Source: an uncultured Candidatus Peribacteria bacterium (GTDB lineage: Bacteria; Patescibacteriota; Gracilibacteria; UBA1369; UM-FILTER-53-11). From it: DNA of 64,000 nucleotides. Every line of letters begins with the position of its first letter. Positions within the stretch are counted from its first letter, which is position 1. This document shows positions 61,825-64,000 of the stretch, piece after piece. The DNA is taken from the NCBI GenBank assembly GCA_964358095.1, contig CAYHNW010000001.1, forward strand, positions 71,108 to 135,107, read 5' to 3'. The notes beneath the pieces were generated by a model. That model had not been told where the DNA came from. It worked only from the letters and a program-made list of their open reading frames with translations, and searched no databases. Position numbers and translations under genes: made by a program.

Positions 61825-63822
61825 CTATTTCTTTATCTTCAATAGCTCTTTTGCGCTGGCCACGATATGCTCTGCTGCAAGCCCAAACTTCCAAATAAGC
61901 TCCCATGGCTGACCGGATTCTCCAAAACGATCTTTTACGCCGATCATATCCATTTTTACCGGAAGTCCCGCCCTAGCAACGACACCTGCAACCAAATTCC
62001 CAAATCCACCAACTTGGTGCTCTTCTACCGTAATAATATTTCCGATTTCTTTTGCAGCAGCCTTAATAGTTTTAATGTCGAGTGGCTTTACCGTGTGCAT
62101 ATTAACAACGCGAGTCTCAATTTCATGTTCAACTTTTAGAATATATGCGGCGCGCATTGCCTCTGGCACCTCCGGCCCGCACGCCATAATGCAAAGTTTC
62201 TCATCCTCCGGAGTGTATTCATCCGAAACGAACCATTCAAACGCTTCAATAAACGACTTGGCTTCTTTGCGAAACCTGCAAATATTGGCTTTTCCAAAAA
62301 CAAAAGGCGTAGTTGGCGTAGTCACAATGGGCGTCGCCTCACGAGCCAGTCGCACAGCGCCGGGTCCTTTTTGTTTCATCACTATTTCTTCGGTGGCCTT
62401 GTCCGCCTCAATCGAATCACACGGAACAACCACCTTCATATTAGGCAAAATTGTGAGTAAGGAAATATCTTCGAGCCCTTGGTGAGTTGCACCATCCGGA
62501 CCTACAGAAATTCCGCCGTGCCCAACCGCAATTTTTACATTCAAATCGCTGTAACAAACCGTTGTACGCAGCTGATCCCAATTGCGCCCCGTTACAAATA
62601 CGCTGTAACTGCCAATAACCGGAATTTTACCTTCTTTTGCGAGTCCGGCGGCTACCGTTGTCATATTTTGCTCTGCAATTCCCATACTCAAAAACCTATC
62701 TTTGCGCTCTGGATTATTTTTACAAAAATCGTAAATACAAATTGAGCTGGAAATATCGGCTCCCAAGCACACAACTCTTTTATCTGAACCAATTCTTGCG
62801 AGCGCACCGCCAAATCCCATTCGTGTTGGCACCATTTTTACTCGCATACCCTCCTCGGCATTCCACCAATGCGGACGGCGCTCTTTTGGAATCATTTTTC
62901 CGTATTCATGTGAAATCTCATCTCGCAGTTCTTTGGCTTTTTGCATCAGCTTTGGCGTAAGTAAGTGCGCTAAACCAAGTTCCTTTAACGCAGCCTGAGT
63001 TTCTTCAAGGGTCGGCCCTTTACCGTGCCACCCTGCGTTATTCTCCATAAAAGAAACGCCTTTGCCTTTTATTGTATGGATCACCAAAACCGTCGGCTTG
63101 CCCTTAACGGTTTTTGCCTGTTCAAAAGCCTTGAGCAGCGCAGGAATATCGTGTCCGTCCGCTTCGATTACATTCCAGCCAAACGATACATATTTATCTT
63201 TAACGGGCTCAATATCCATCACATCGCTCACGTTTCCATCTATTTGTAATTTATTGCAGTCAACAACGGCGCAAAGGTTGTCTAATTTATAATGAGCTGC
63301 ACTCATTGCCGCTTCCCAAATACTGCCCTCTTGCTGCTCGCCATCACCCATGATGCAGTAAATTCTGTGGTCTTCACCGTTTAATCTAGCCGCGAGAGCA
63401 GACCCTATTGCAATTCCAAGCCCTTGCCCAAGAGAGCCTCCGCTCATTTCAATCCCCGGCAGTTTCATCCAATCCGGATGCCCTTGAAACGCCGTGCCAA
63501 TAGTGCGCAACTCAGTGGCAAAATCCTCAACCGGGTAATATCCTGCGAGACCCATTACGGCATACTGAGCCGGACACTTGTGCTGACCCGAAATAAAAAG
63601 TCTATCGCGCCCTTCCCAAGACGGATTTTTGGGATCATGACGCATTACGTTGAAATAAAGCGCTGCTTCCGTATCTACAACAGAAAGACTGCCGCCTGGA
63701 TGCCCGGATCCTGCAAAATGAATCGCCATCAAAATATATGCGCGCGCCTCGTTCGCCTTTTTCTTTATTTGAGCTGCATCCAAGTTCAGCAGGATCGGCG
63801 CAGCATGTGTGTTTCTTGGCAT
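61825..63822 (-). CDS. tkt: transketolase (single-chain)
   Basis: GSGHPGGSLS, the TPP motif GDGE..EG..WEA, and the C-terminal pyrimidine-binding domain (GIAEQNM). Confidence 0.92.
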   Translation of the reverse strand: MPRNTHAAPILLNLDAAQIKKKANEARAYILMAIHFAGSGHPGGSLSVVDTEAALYFNVMRHDPKNPSWEGRDRLFISGQHKCPAQYAVMGLAGYYPVEDFATELRTIGTAFQGHPDWMKLPGIEMSGGSLGQGLGIAIGSALAARLNGEDHRIYCIMGDGEQQEGSIWEAAMSAAHYKLDNLCAVVDCNKLQIDGNVSDVMDIEPVKDKYVSFGWNVIEADGHDIPALLKAFEQAKTVKGKPTVLVIHTIKGKGVSFMENNAGWHGKGPTLEETQAALKELGLAHLLTPKLMQKAKELRDEISHEYGKMIPKERRPHWWNAEEGMRVKMVPTRMGFGGALARIGSDKRVVCLGADISSSICIYDFCKNNPERKDRFLSMGIAEQNMTTVAAGLAKEGKIPVIGSYSVFVTGRNWDQLRTTVCYSDLNVKIAVGHGGISVGPDGATHQGLEDISLLTILPNMKVVVPCDSIEADKATEEIVMKQKGPGAVRLAREATPIVTTPTTPFVFGKANICRFRKEAKSFIEAFEWFVSDEYTPEDEKLCIMACGPEVPEAMRAAYILKVEHEIETRVVNMHTVKPLDIKTIKAAAKEIGNIITVEEHQVGGFGNLVAGVVARAGLPVKMDMIGVKDRFGESGQPWELIWKFGLAAEHIVASAKELLKIKK

Positions 63823-63837
63823 AGCCGATAATTTTGT

Positions 63838-64000
63838 TCATTTAATCGTAACTTTCTTCATGATCACCGGAGTTTTTGGCTTGTCGTTAGCGTCACGAGT
63901 AACGGTTGCTATTGCATCAATAATATCTAAACCCTCAAATACTTGCCCAAAAATGGTGTAGCCTCCATCCAGCATCGTGGCTCCATCTTTGTTTTGTACT
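63838..64000 (-). CDS. cyclophilin-type peptidyl-prolyl isomerase, C-terminal fragment (5' end beyond the window)
   Basis: Own translation of the reverse strand: ...VQNKDGATMLDGGYTIFGQVFEGLDIIDAIATVTRDANDKPKTPVIMKKVTIK-stop (stop codon at 63838-63840). Confidence 0.75.
   Translation of the reverse strand, partial: VQNKDGATMLDGGYTIFGQVFEGLDIIDAIATVTRDANDKPKTPVIMKKVTIK

Overview
This 64-kb window looks like a compact, gene-dense bacterial chromosome segment. The gene content suggests a Patescibacteria/CPR-like (possibly Peregrinibacteria-like) organism; that is an inference from a T4SS-pilin-like gene, class-I LysRS, DUF881 pairs, a stand-alone ComEC MBL domain and many leaderless genes. TGA is used as a stop codon, so the standard bacterial code applies. 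About 50 genes are confidently housekeeping:
- Peptidoglycan: murA, murB, murI.
- Proline: proA, proC.
- Methyl cycle: metK, ahcY.
- Central metabolism: gdhA, ppdK, tkt, carB, guaA.
- PLP and folate: pdxS, pdxT, folE.
- MEP operon: ispG-dxr-ispDF-ispE.
- Replication and repair: dnaB, recR, comM.
- Translation: lysK (class I), infC-rpmI-rplT, and 5 tRNAs.
- Chaperone: dnaJ.

I found no rRNA, CRISPR array, integrase or transposase.

Accessory or unusual content:
1. A family of about 110-nt structured non-coding elements (here called the X family) lies just downstream of tRNA-Glu, tRNA-Lys and tRNA-Pro. Each ends in a copy of the 3' end of its own tRNA, and the copies show compensatory stem changes.
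2. A 1.3-kb AT-rich islet sits at the 3' end of guaA, flanked by 35-bp direct repeats. It carries a translationally coupled GHKL-ATPase plus STAS-like (DUF4325-like) gene pair and no recombinase.
3. A second non-coding repeat family of about 147 nt (here called the Y family) has two copies.
4. A 40-nt promoter-region box is shared by a ComEC-like gene and comM.
5. An atypical NRAMP gene, translationally coupled to a stand-alone MgtE-N/CBS protein, is wedged between pdxS and pdxT.
6. A cell-surface block holds a 1649-aa SLH-domain protein, a Wzy_C/TPR membrane protein and a Cys-rich secreted protein.
7. A 750-bp ORF-free region upstream of murI contains several long hairpins.

All functional calls rest on motif recognition by eye; no database search was possible.
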